Origin: Lingula anatina
Taxonomy: Eukaryota > Animalia > Brachiopoda
NCBI GenBank assembly: GCA_051362555.1
Contig: CM120644.1
Location: 8,130,954-8,194,953, forward strand
Length of the DNA stretch: 64,000 nt
Direction of reading: 5' to 3'
Position numbers and translations under genes: made by a program. The notes beneath the pieces are model-generated. The model did no database searches and was not told the DNA's origin. It was given only the letters and a program-made list of their open reading frames with translations. Positions 1 to 10,638 of the stretch are shown here, one piece after another; position 1 is the first letter of the stretch; every line of letters begins with the position of its first letter.

Positions 1-35
1 GAGTGCTTCACTGCTAGCTGCAATTGGTTAACTAC

Positions 36-353
36 CTGTACAAGCCAACCCATTGCCGGTAAAACCATTCTGACAAGCACAACTGTAACTGCCTTCCGTG
101 TTGGTGCAGGTGGCTCCATCTGCGCATGCGTTCATTGCGGCATCCAGGCATTCGTCGACATCTTTTATTGCATGGAAAGTACATGTAGGTTTTTAATAAG
201 AGCAATATGATTTAGTATATAGTGGAGCAGAAAACAGATGGAGTCAGTAAGAGAGAGAGAGAGAGAGCAAGAGAGAGAGGGGGGAGCTGAGTGAGATATT
301 GGGGGGTGGGCAAGGGAAGTGCCTTCAGTTATCTTAATACCTATAGAAAAAAA

Positions 354-412
<59 letters not shown>

Positions 413-2199
413 CGTGTGAAGAAGATCATATTGTAAATAGTGTTCTTTGAACAGGTTTTGTGATGCTTACCTGTACAGAGAGTACCGTCCCCGTTAAAGC
501 CAACACGACAGGTACATGTGAAATTCCCCGGTGTGTTAGTACAGTCTGCATTGGGTGCGCAGTTGTTGAGATTAGCATCCAGGCATTCATTCGTGTCTGA
601 AATTTATTCATTAACACACTTACTGCAAAATGTATTCCAATCATAATACGCTAAGAATTATTCTCAAAAGACATACATGATGCTGCTTGTAGGTTAAAAC
701 GCTAAACTACCGCACTGTTCGCAGGGCCCGCTGGAAGACTGTTACAAAATTATTGTATCGACCTCTTTTTCAGTTTTGTATACTATACCAGAGGTCCCTG
801 TGAATGGTACTAAACTACCGACCTATACACGTGGTTCCATTTCCTGTGTATCCCGATACACAGGCGCAGCTGAAACTTCCTTGGTTATTGGTGCACTGGG
901 CATTGATGTCACAGTTGTGAAGCATTGAGTTTTGACATTCGTCCACATCTAAATGTTCATAGAATGTTTTAAAATTAATAAAGTGATAATGATATAGTTT
1001 GTGTGTTTGTTTGTGTATGCTCTTTATTGTGCCAACGCATTCGTGAATTTTTTAAGATGGAATGAATGAGTCTTAAAGCTTGGTTCGTTTGATACATGCA
1101 CAAGCGCATTTAATATATATAATGTATCTGAGGATTCTGTTTCATTGCATAACTCCATTGTTTAAGAATGATGTATAGATACACTGTACTTAGCTACCTT
1201 CACAAAACGTCCCATTCCCAGTAAACCCGGGCTCACACGCACAAGTGTAACTACCGAGGGAGTTAGTGCACGTGGCATTGGCGGCACAGTCGTTCTGGGA
1301 GGAAACTAGACACTCGTTTATATCTGTAAATATTTGTAATAGTGGCAATACTTTAATCTACAATCCATTTGTGGTCATAGCGCATGCGGGCAGGTAGTGA
1401 GTGCACTGTTTACAGAATTCTAATACAGAGTTCACTAAAACGAAAATTAATCAAAATATGTATGTAAAGCCCCCTTTACACTGGACGGCGTTCTTTCTGC
1501 GTCCAGCAGTACGGCCCCATTTAAGAGTTAAAAAATTATAATACTTTACGTGCCGACAACTGGCCGATCATTGAGCATTCATTCTGATACAAAACCAATG
1601 CTCCTGCCTCCTTATTAAGACCAAAGCGATGCCAAATTTCATGGTCGCAGAAAGGACGCAGAAAGGACGCCGTCCAGTGTAAAGCAGTACTAAGCATAAA
1701 ATCGATGTCATTCAGCCAGAGTAAACTTGTAGCATCGTCACAATATATGCGCCAGTGATAATATAAATGAAATCAGAAAACCGAGTTTTAAGTGACAGGT
1801 ATGTTTTCAACACGTATCAAAACTTATCTAATCTGTAGACATTACTTCTTATTTAAAAAGGTTACCTGTGCATACTGATCCGTTGCCAGAGTAACCCAAA
1901 TTGCAGACGCAGCTATAGCTGCCCGGAGAATTTGTGCATGTCGCCTCCGCGGCACATGTAGTGACATTGGTGGTAGTGCATTCGTCTATATCTAACAAAC
2001 GAGAACAGGGATTAACAAATTATAAATAAAGTACAGTACCAAGGATAATAGAAGTTAAAAGGAGACAATTAAAGGGACAATTAAAGAATCAAGTTAGCAG
2101 AAAAAATAGCATAATTATGTAAAATACTAAATAAACGCAATTATATATATATATATATATATATGAATAAAAAAATAATAAATGTGTTTACTTTTTGAC

Positions 2200-2261
<62 letters not shown>

Positions 2262-4042
2262 GACAAAAAGTAAAACACATTTATTCATTTTTCCACAAAA
2301 GTAATGTACCTCTAGGCTCTTTACAGAGCAGAGTTTAATTTGCTAATCTGCAACAGAACAGAGTTTAATTTGCTAATCTGCAGCCTACCTTCGCAATAAG
2401 TGCCATTTCCAGAATATCCCTCTACGCATGCGCAAGTGTAACTTCCGACTGTATTGGTGCACGTGGCGTTTGCTGCGCAGTCGTTCAACGCTGCGTCACT
2501 ACATTCGTCTATGTCTGTAGACAAGATAGGGAAAACGTATGTACTAAAACATTGTGTTATGAAATACTTGTATAATTTCAAACTTTCCATGACAAATTAA
2601 AGTCTTTCAAAAAGACGAAAAAGTTGCTGCATTTACCGATTAACAGGTTTTTATTATTGTCTTGCGTCTGCGATCTCATGGACACCAAATCAAAATTTTT
2701 GTGGCATATAATACACTTCAACGATACAAATTGATCGTCGTGTATATTTTTTGTTGAATCTCTTAATTGATTATGAGGAACAAATTTACCATTTATCAAT
2801 TTTAGTGACTCACAAAGCTTTTTTTGTCTTTTGTGTGTAGAACGGATTTAGTGTTTCCCCTTATTTCGGGTACTTAAAGATTCCAAACAGTCTTATTTGA
2901 GAGTGCATCACTGCATCAAACGTTATCTCACTTAACACAATGCTGGGTAGCAGGTAGGTATCACGTAGTTATCTGACATTGTGGCATTACATCAAACGTA
3001 TCTCACCTAACACAATACAGACAGATGTCCCGTACTTACCCACAGTTACAGGGATCTCCCCGCTACTGATTACAGTGGAAGAACTGGTCAGCTCACACCG
3101 ATATGTTCCTGCGTTTGCTGCTTGAATTCCTGAAGCCAAAGCGGGATTTCGTACTTCATGATTACGCTTATTACTAATATTTTTCATTTCAATTGTAATT
3201 TCTTTAGAATAATTGAGAGAATTTTCATTGAATTACATCTTACCATGGGGATTGCTAACATTTATTTTTTATCGATTTTAGAATATTTCAGATCTGTTTA
3301 GATATTTAAAAATTCAAATAAGTGAAAGCATGGTTAGGCCTGCATGCAGACAAAGGGATTTCCCTGTTTTTGACTTCTTTAAAAAAGTATGATCACGTAT
3401 TAAAGACCAACCCGTTATATTCAGTGTGTATTGAATGTCAACTCCAGCATTAAAGGTCAGAACAAACTGGCCATTGTTGAACGGGGGTTGTGGAACTGTT
3501 CCACTTTTCCCAGCGATAGGAGCACCGTCCTTTAGCCACTGCAAATTGTAGCCAAATAGCCAAGTGCCCTGGAAGGTGCAGTGGAGAGTTACGTCAACTC
3601 CTGGTGACGTCATAACAGTGGGCGGAGTCAGCGTTACGGTCTGGCAGTGCACTTAAGAGAATAAAATTCATATTACATAGAATTTCATATAAATTCATTG
3701 TTCTGATTTCACGATTAGTGAATATACACATTTTGTAAAAATACGTTTATCCGTTTCCTTTTTGCCATTCTTCACATTATTATTATTATTATTATTATAA
3801 TAACTATTATTATTATTATTACGCAAGGAATAAACATACAAGGCCCTATACAGGGCTGTATACTAGGCTTGTTTCCAAACATCAGTCGTAAAAATTCTGT
3901 CACACACAGCCGTTTAGATTGATGTAATTAGCAAAGTACATTCAACTATACGCTTTGAAGTTTTATATAAAATAAACTTTCACTTACCTTTACGTGCTCC
4001 AAAAGCTACAATTAGACCAAGCAGGACCTGTTGGAATCTCAT
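36..4042 (-). CDS. Secreted Ig-domain + tandem calcium-binding EGF repeat protein (fibrillin/fibulin-like architecture), spliced, 3' end outside the window
   Basis: Exons, all joined by phase-1 GT-AG introns: 4042-3988 ([18 protein letters not shown], signal-like); 3651-3412 plus 3129-3040 (Ig fold: VTLHC..LQWLKDG..YTLNI..AGTYRC); six 126-nt exons at 2514-2389, 1991-1866, 1323-1198, 948-823, 596-471 and 161-36. Each 126-nt exon encodes a D[IVT][DN]EC..C..C.N..G[SN][YF].C.C..G[YF].G.G..C EGF_CA unit. Confidence 0.9.
1468..1690. mobile_element. MITE, probably PIF/Harbinger-type, in an EGF-gene intron
   Basis: Inverted ends CTTTACACTGGACGGCGTTCTTTCTGCGTCC / GGACGCAGAAAGGACGCCGTCCAGTGTAAAG; TAA on both flanks (1465-1467, 1691-1693). 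Confidence 0.65.
2177..2285. repeat. Inverted repeat with a (TA)n loop
   Basis: AATGTGTTTACTTTTTGACGTTTT-(TA)n-AAAACGACAAAAAGTAAAACACATT. Confidence 0.8.
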
Positions 4043-4706
4043 GCTCTCTTACTTTTTCTGCAGTGAATTGGTCTCTTCAGCGTTTTTACCTTTTCCCTAA
4101 CTGGATATCTGAAAACCCAGGTCCTTGTTATTTTTGTTTGGCGATGTAAGAAGGTAATTTTTCTCCCTGAATCAAACTGAAATAAATACGGGATGATAAC
4201 TATCGATTCCACACGAAGAGGTGTGTTGCAACAAATAATTATTTATCTAAATACAAACATGTGCTAGCATGGTTGTAACCTGCTAGCATGATTGGGCGTG
4301 GACCAATACATACAGATACACGATATACATTTATCAAAATTCAATGAATCATTGGTGTCTAATATTGTGAGAAATGTAGATGCCTGAGATTTAAGGTCTT
4401 GCAGACATGTTCATGATTGTTTCTGGAAAGTAGTGGTAGGCATCACTGGTATAGATCATGAAAGGCAAGTGACATTTTCTAAGAACTTTAAATCTGGAGG
4501 CTTGGACTTACGCAAGTATATGCATGAAAATAGGTGGTTGAGCAGTTCTCTAGTGTAGCTATATAAAAGAGTGCTACTCAGCAATAGTCATTGTCAAAGA
4601 CATAATTGGCCCCCTGAAGCTGTAACAGTCATATAGGTAATGGGCCTTTCTATACACTGTGCACTATTGTGACATCTCACTAGCTCCTACTGATTACAAA
4701 GCTATC

Positions 4707-5627
4707 ATGGCCCAGAAACCTACCAAGGCTGATGACAGGACCATGTCCAGGTTTCTCACAAGCAACAATACAAAGAGCAAAACACAAACAATAACTTCAG
4801 CACCTAAAAGACCTCATTCGGAGGTGGCAAACTCCAGTGCAGAAGAATTACAAATGCTCATGCATGAGCTGTCTGAAATAAAAAATGAGATTAAAGAAAC
4901 TATTAGAAAAGAGGATTTGGAAATTACAGTAACAAGGGTGGTTGAAAGACTTCTTAATAACATGGTATCAGAAATGGATGCAAAATTTATGCAGAAATTC
5001 GACTGTCTAAAAATGGAATCTGAGACCCGTGCTGCAAAACTGCAAGATCAGGTGGATAGTCTTCAGATGGAAAATGAGCAGTTGAAAGAAGTCATGAGAA
5101 AGAAAGACCAAGAAATGAAAAAAATGAATGAACTGCTAAAACAAAATGATTACTACAGTAAAGAAACCATGCGCTCTTGCAATCATAATGAACAGTACTC
5201 AAGGAAAACTAATATAAGGGCCTTGAACATAATAGAAAAAAAGGAGGAAAACCTGAGAGAAATCTTTATTGATATGCTGCAAAAAGAAGCCAAACTGAAT
5301 ATTGAGCCTACTGATATCCAGGCAATACATCGCATACCCGGTAAACAAGGATCCCCAAGACCAGTGATCATAAAACTTAGAAACACAGATATCAAGAGAA
5401 CAATCATGCGGAAAAAGAGAGAACTGAAATCTGGTGCACGTCTGTATGATGACATAACATTAAAAAACTTAACTCTCTTGAACAAACTAAAACAACATGA
5501 GCACGTTGAAAGTGCATGGTTCTTTAACTGCAATGTATACTGCCAGTTAAAAAATGGAAACAGAATAAAGGTAGACATATGTGATAATTTGGAGGAGAAA
5601 CTGAAACAAAAGAAAAGGTCCAATTAG
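4707..5627 (+). CDS. LINE ORF1 protein (coiled coil + RRM-like nucleic-acid chaperone)
   Basis: First ATG at 4707; heptad-rich segment followed by EQYSRKTNIR...IHRIPG..PRPVIIKL, typical of L1/Tx1 ORF1p. Confidence 0.85.
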   Translation: MAQKPTKADDRTMSRFLTSNNTKSKTQTITSAPKRPHSEVANSSAEELQMLMHELSEIKNEIKETIRKEDLEITVTRVVERLLNNMVSEMDAKFMQKFDCLKMESETRAAKLQDQVDSLQMENEQLKEVMRKKDQEMKKMNELLKQNDYYSKETMRSCNHNEQYSRKTNIRALNIIEKKEENLREIFIDMLQKEAKLNIEPTDIQAIHRIPGKQGSPRPVIIKLRNTDIKRTIMRKKRELKSGARLYDDITLKNLTLLNKLKQHEHVESAWFFNCNVYCQLKNGNRIKVDICDNLEEKLKQKKRSN

Positions 5628-6506
5628 GAGAAAAAATGACTAATGTTTTGTTTTCTAACATGTAAAGCCTAGAGTGCCTAGATATAATGCAATGTAATTG
5701 CTTGGTTATCTTTATCACTTTATGTTTATAAACTTTCTTCTTCCATATTTTCTAGGTACACATGTAGATCCCAATTGTTACTACTTCTCATGCTTTACGA
5801 TTAATAGAGAAATAATCATAAGGTTCTTCTTATCTTCCAATAAACCTTGTTTTTGGGAAGGAGAATAACCCACATAATGCTTTCACTGGTATGTACAGAA
5901 TATCCTTTACATAGACCAATAAAGATAAGGTGAGTGCTGATCCCTAACATTCAAATATTAATGTTGTAAAAATATTTTTTGAATTGGTGCTCATCCATAA
6001 CATTATGCAAAATATTATCAATGTTACAATTTGATATTCTGTGGGATCATTAGGTACCTCAATTTTCAGAACATGCTGCAAGTACTGATACTCGAAATGT
6101 GTGGGATGATTGTATTTATGTTATCTTACTTTGTTTTTTGTTTTACGAACAAAATTTTTGTCTATGTGAGTGTGTGTCATGTGTATGAATGTGTGATGTA
6201 TGCAAACCTCATAGGTGAGAGCATCCTGATCAAGCAATGTTTAGGGTCAAATGACATGTGGGTTAATGTATGTATGGGGTTGTATGTTTGTGAAGTGATG
6301 CATAATTGGAGCACTACACCAGATATGAATGAATATATTATCATGATATCTGCATGTATAACTGTGATGTGGACTTGCTTACTCTACAAAATATTTTACA
6401 CCGATATAATGAGCCATATATTCCATAGATATACACAATCTATGGATGTCATCTGCGTACTGGATTACTTGAAAGTATTATAATTCACAAAATTGTTATT
6501 TAATCT

Positions 6507-9500
6507 ATGAGTTTGCATATCGTTAGTTTGAATTGTAGGGGTCTTGGAGGTACTCAAAAGAGAAGAGACGTCCTGAACTATTTGAAACAACAGAAATACT
6601 CAATATATTGTATCCAAGATACCCACTTTACAGATAGGGACAAATCAAAAGTACATTCCTTGTGGGGATATAAAACCCTTCTGAGCCCTGGCAAATCAAA
6701 TTCAAGAGGTACGGCAATCCTTTTCAACAATAACTTTGAATTTAAAATAATGAAAACGTTGTTCGGAAAAGATGGAAATTATTTGATTATCGAAATTGAA
6801 GTTGAAAATAATTACTCTGTTTTACTTATTAATTTATATGGACCAAACAAAGATGACCCGGAATTTTTTGTTCACCTCGGAAATATCATAGAAGATTTTG
6901 AGGGTCACTTTGTGATAATGATGGGGGACTTTAACCTAGTTCAAGATAGTGATTTAGATTATTATAATTACAGACGTGTTAATAATCCCCAAGCGAGAGA
7001 TGCTCTCTTACGGCTGAAAACTAAATTCAATTTGATAGACCCATGGAGAGCTCAACATGAACAGAGGAAACAATTCACTTGGTCCTCTAATAACCCTGTA
7101 AAAAGAGCTAGGCTTGACTTTTTCCTTATTTCTAACGAACTCATGAATCTTGTTGATCAAACTGAGATAACTTATGGATACCGAACAGACCACGCAATGA
7201 TACATCTGAAACTTACTCTCTCTGAGCAGAAAAAAGGGAAAGGTTTCTGGAAAATGAATAACAGCCTTCTAAAAGATTTTGAGTATATAAGAGGAGTAAA
7301 GAAAATAATAGAGGATCTAAAATATCAATATTGTGCCAGTCCATATAACAAAGCAGAGTTATGTAAAATTAGTGACAATGATCTGGACTTTCTTGTGGAT
7401 GAGCAAGCATTTTTTGAACAGATATTATTACAGGTTAGAGGCTATACCATTGCCTATAGTTCAGCAAAGAAAAAGGAGAAAAATATAAGAATGAAGACCC
7501 TGGCTGAAAAAATTAAGAAATTATATTCCATGTATACAGATAACCCCACATCGAATTTAGAAAACCAGCTCCAGACTCTGAAACTAGAGGAAGAAGAAAT
7601 GAGACATGAACATATTAGAGGGGTCTATATAAGAACCAAAGTAAAATGGTCAGAGGAAGGGGAAAAACCAACTAAATATTTTTTATCCCTGGAAAAAAGA
7701 AATTTTGTAAATAAAACTGTAAAGAAAATTATAAGGGAGACAGGCCGTATTATTACCGATCAAGCAGAAATTTTGAAAGAAATCAGAGATTTCTATAACC
7801 ATCTTTACTCGAAACAAGATAACTACTCTGAAATTTTTGATTGGAATAATATAATCGATAAAGACAAAATAAACATATTAGATGACAATACGGCTAGGCA
7901 ATTAGAGGGAACAATTACTTATCAGGAAGCTCTAATAGCCTTAAAAAGTATGAAGAACAACAAATCACCTGGCCCCGACGGTTTTTCTGTCGAATTTTTT
8001 AAATTTTTCTGGAATGATATAGGAACGTTTCTTGTGAGATCATATAATAAGGGGTTTGCTAAAGGTCACTTGTCCATTACCCAGAAACAAGGGGTTATTT
8101 CAATTTTACCCAAAGGGGATAAACCACGGGAATTTTTAGAAAATTGGAGGCCGATATCTCTCTTAAACATCTCATATAAAATCCTCTCTGCTTGTATTTC
8201 AAATAGATTAAAAAAAGTTTTACATTTGCTTATACATGAAAATCAAACGGGATTTTTGAAAGGACGGTTCATTGGTGAGAATACTAGAATTGTTTATGAT
8301 GTTTTGCAAATTACAAAAGATAAAAAAATCCCAGGAATGATACTCTCAGTAGATTTCCTTAAAGCATTTGATAGCATATCTTGGGATTTTATGAAAAAAA
8401 CTCTCTCGTTTTTTAATTTTGGTGATGACTTTAAAAAATGGATAGATGTTCTATATAATGATCCTGAATTATGTGTAATACAAAATGGTATTTTCTCTAA
8501 TTTCTTTAAAATTGGCAGAGGCTGCAGACAGGGAGACCCTGTATCACCCTACATTTTTAATTTATGTGTTGAGATCCTAGCTATTCTTATAAGACAAAAC
8601 AATAACATAACAGGAATAAACTTGGGGAGGGTGGAAGTAAAACTATCTCAGTACGCAGATGACACAGTGCTTTTTTTAGATGGCTCAGAGAAAAGTTTAA
8701 AGAGTGCACTCGACTTACTGTTTCAGTTTTCCAAGTACTCGGGGCTTAAGCCCAATATTAGTAAGACTAAAGCCATATGGATTGGTTCAAAGGCCAACAG
8801 TAGAGAAATTATCTGTAAAGATAACAATCTTAAATGGACTAACAACCCTTTTAATATATTAGGTATAGTTTTCACAGCTGATTTAGAACAAATGAATGAG
8901 TTGAATTATACCAGCAAGCTTCAGCAAATAGAATTAGAAATGTATCGGTGGGGAAAAAGAAATATTACTACTTTAGGTAAGATTACTGTAGTGAAGTCTT
9001 TAATTATTTCAAAAATAACACACCTACTGCTCTCTCTTCCGAGCCCTACCAAAGAGTGGCTGCAAAATTTACAAAATATGCTATTCAAATTTATTTGGCA
9101 CGGTAAAACAGAAAAAGTTGCCCGTAAAACACTTATTCAGGACTATAAACAGGGAGGTTGCCGTATGATACATTTAGAATCCTTTGTGAGGGCGCTAAAA
9201 ATTTCCTGGATTCGCAGATTGATAACCTCTGATAAAATAACAAATAAACTTTTTGCTGAAGCCACTGGATCGGATGTTCAGAGATTGACTCAGTTTGGAC
9301 CAACTTATGCAAAGGAAATATCTAAAATTCGCAATTCTTTTTGGAGAGAAATCTTAATATACTTTTCAGAATATTCAGAAAAAATGGCAAGTAATAGTCT
9401 CGATGTCATTCTCAGAACTCCAATCTGGTATAATCCTGCTGTATTATCAGATGGCAGAAGAATTTTTTATAAGAATTTGTATGACAAAGGTTTCCATATT

Positions 9501-10229
9501 ATCCAAGATTTATTTAACAGCGAAGGGAAATTCCTATCATTTGACTATTTTGTAGAAGAGTTTGAAATTCAGATTCCTTTTACTCTGTATTATGGATTAA
9601 GGCAAGCAACCTTTGGTGCCTACCCTGTGCTTAGACTTCTGAATGCTAACGTTATGTTGCCATTACCGCAGATCTCTAACCCAGTTAAAACATTATGTAA
9701 CGATAAAAAAGGATGTAGAAGCATATATGACATTTGCATAAAAAGTCTCGGTCAGAGACCAAAATGTGAAGAAAAATGGGAACAAGAGTTAGGTATCAAA
9801 ATAGACTGGCAACTAACGTATACCAATGCCCTGGTTAAAGTTAAAGAAATAAGATTGAAATGGTTTAATTTCAGAATAATCCACAGAATTTTGGGTACCA
9901 AAGAGTTGCTGTTTAAATACCATATGATCGAGAATCCTCTTTGTAGTTTGTGCAACAAACAGGCTGAAACGATAAAGCATCTATTTATGGACTGTGAATT
10001 AGTGAAGCTTTTCTGGACAGAGGTTGAACTATGGTTAAGTCAAATTACAGGAAATGTCTTCAAAATACTGCCATCTGATCTCATTTTTGGAAGTAGCGAT
10101 AAAGTTAAAAACCTTGTAATTCTTCATTCTAAATTTTTTATTTTCAAAAGTACTAAATTAAATTCTAGATTGCTACTTAAACCGGAACTTAAATCTACTT
10201 TAATGAGTATAGCAAATCAAAACATATAG
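6507..10229 (+). CDS. LINE ORF2: APE endonuclease + reverse transcriptase + C-terminal zinc knuckle
   Basis: 1240-aa uninterrupted ORF. EN motifs NCRGL, QDTH, GDFN, LDFFL, TDH; RT motifs KSPGPDG, WRPISLLN, DFLKAFD, QGDPVSP, YADD; C-terminal CSLC-x8-H-x4-C. Confidence 0.97.
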   Translation: MSLHIVSLNCRGLGGTQKRRDVLNYLKQQKYSIYCIQDTHFTDRDKSKVHSLWGYKTLLSPGKSNSRGTAILFNNNFEFKIMKTLFGKDGNYLIIEIEVENNYSVLLINLYGPNKDDPEFFVHLGNIIEDFEGHFVIMMGDFNLVQDSDLDYYNYRRVNNPQARDALLRLKTKFNLIDPWRAQHEQRKQFTWSSNNPVKRARLDFFLISNELMNLVDQTEITYGYRTDHAMIHLKLTLSEQKKGKGFWKMNNSLLKDFEYIRGVKKIIEDLKYQYCASPYNKAELCKISDNDLDFLVDEQAFFEQILLQVRGYTIAYSSAKKKEKNIRMKTLAEKIKKLYSMYTDNPTSNLENQLQTLKLEEEEMRHEHIRGVYIRTKVKWSEEGEKPTKYFLSLEKRNFVNKTVKKIIRETGRIITDQAEILKEIRDFYNHLYSKQDNYSEIFDWNNIIDKDKINILDDNTARQLEGTITYQEALIALKSMKNNKSPGPDGFSVEFFKFFWNDIGTFLVRSYNKGFAKGHLSITQKQGVISILPKGDKPREFLENWRPISLLNISYKILSACISNRLKKVLHLLIHENQTGFLKGRFIGENTRIVYDVLQITKDKKIPGMILSVDFLKAFDSISWDFMKKTLSFFNFGDDFKKWIDVLYNDPELCVIQNGIFSNFFKIGRGCRQGDPVSPYIFNLCVEILAILIRQNNNITGINLGRVEVKLSQYADDTVLFLDGSEKSLKSALDLLFQFSKYSGLKPNISKTKAIWIGSKANSREIICKDNNLKWTNNPFNILGIVFTADLEQMNELNYTSKLQQIELEMYRWGKRNITTLGKITVVKSLIISKITHLLLSLPSPTKEWLQNLQNMLFKFIWHGKTEKVARKTLIQDYKQGGCRMIHLESFVRALKISWIRRLITSDKITNKLFAEATGSDVQRLTQFGPTYAKEISKIRNSFWREILIYFSEYSEKMASNSLDVILRTPIWYNPAVLSDGRRIFYKNLYDKGFHIIQDLFNSEGKFLSFDYFVEEFEIQIPFTLYYGLRQATFGAYPVLRLLNANVMLPLPQISNPVKTLCNDKKGCRSIYDICIKSLGQRPKCEEKWEQELGIKIDWQLTYTNALVKVKEIRLKWFNFRIIHRILGTKELLFKYHMIENPLCSLCNKQAETIKHLFMDCELVKLFWTEVELWLSQITGNVFKILPSDLIFGSSDKVKNLVILHSKFFIFKSTKLNSRLLLKPELKSTLMSIANQNI

Positions 10230-10601
10230 TTATTGTTTCAGTTTGTCTTTTTTACTTTTTATTACTTATTAGTTTACTTCTAATTATACATGTATATAAA
10301 TCTGTATATATTTGTTTGTATATAAATAGGGTGTGCGTGCTAGTGTGTGTGAGGTTGGGTATGTGTGAGTGTGTGCAGGAGCCTTTATTTAAATAAAAAT
10401 TAAAAAATTGTGATAAAAATAGATAAGTCACTCTGGTACACTTCAAATGTTATCAATTTCTTATCAACCTGAATGTTTAACGTACCATAAAAAATTTAAT
10501 TAATATAACATAGTATATTTTCTCTTAAGTGTGAGAGTGGGAGTGACTGTAGTTTTCTTTTTTGTACTACATATATGCTGTATTTGTGAAGTATTGTGTC
10601 A

Positions 10602-10638
<37 letters not shown>

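Larger units (their letters stand above)
4348..10632 (+). mobile_element. Full-length L1/Tx1-clade non-LTR retrotransposon
   Basis: Two long ORFs; 3' AATAAA running into a poly(A) tail at ~10601-10636; 12-bp direct repeat AAAATTCAATGA at 4336-4347 and 10633-10644 (target-site duplication). Confidence 0.95.

Noticed and set aside
2324-2383. Repeated peptide LQISKLNS after the first EGF unit
   Set aside because: It lies beyond the GT donor at 2388; a 30-bp intronic tandem duplication, not coding.
36-4042. Calling the EGF gene fibrillin, Notch or fibulin
   Set aside because: EGF_CA repeats are generic; no TB, LNR or anaphylatoxin domains are visible and the gene is incomplete.
5183-5623. 146-aa antisense ORF within LINE ORF1
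   Set aside because: Phe/Ser/Leu-rich shadow of an A-rich coding strand.
6031-6483. 150-aa ORF in the LINE spacer as a third LINE protein
   Set aside because: TTG start and a Met/Cys/Val/Tyr composition explained by TG-rich low complexity; no recognisable motif.
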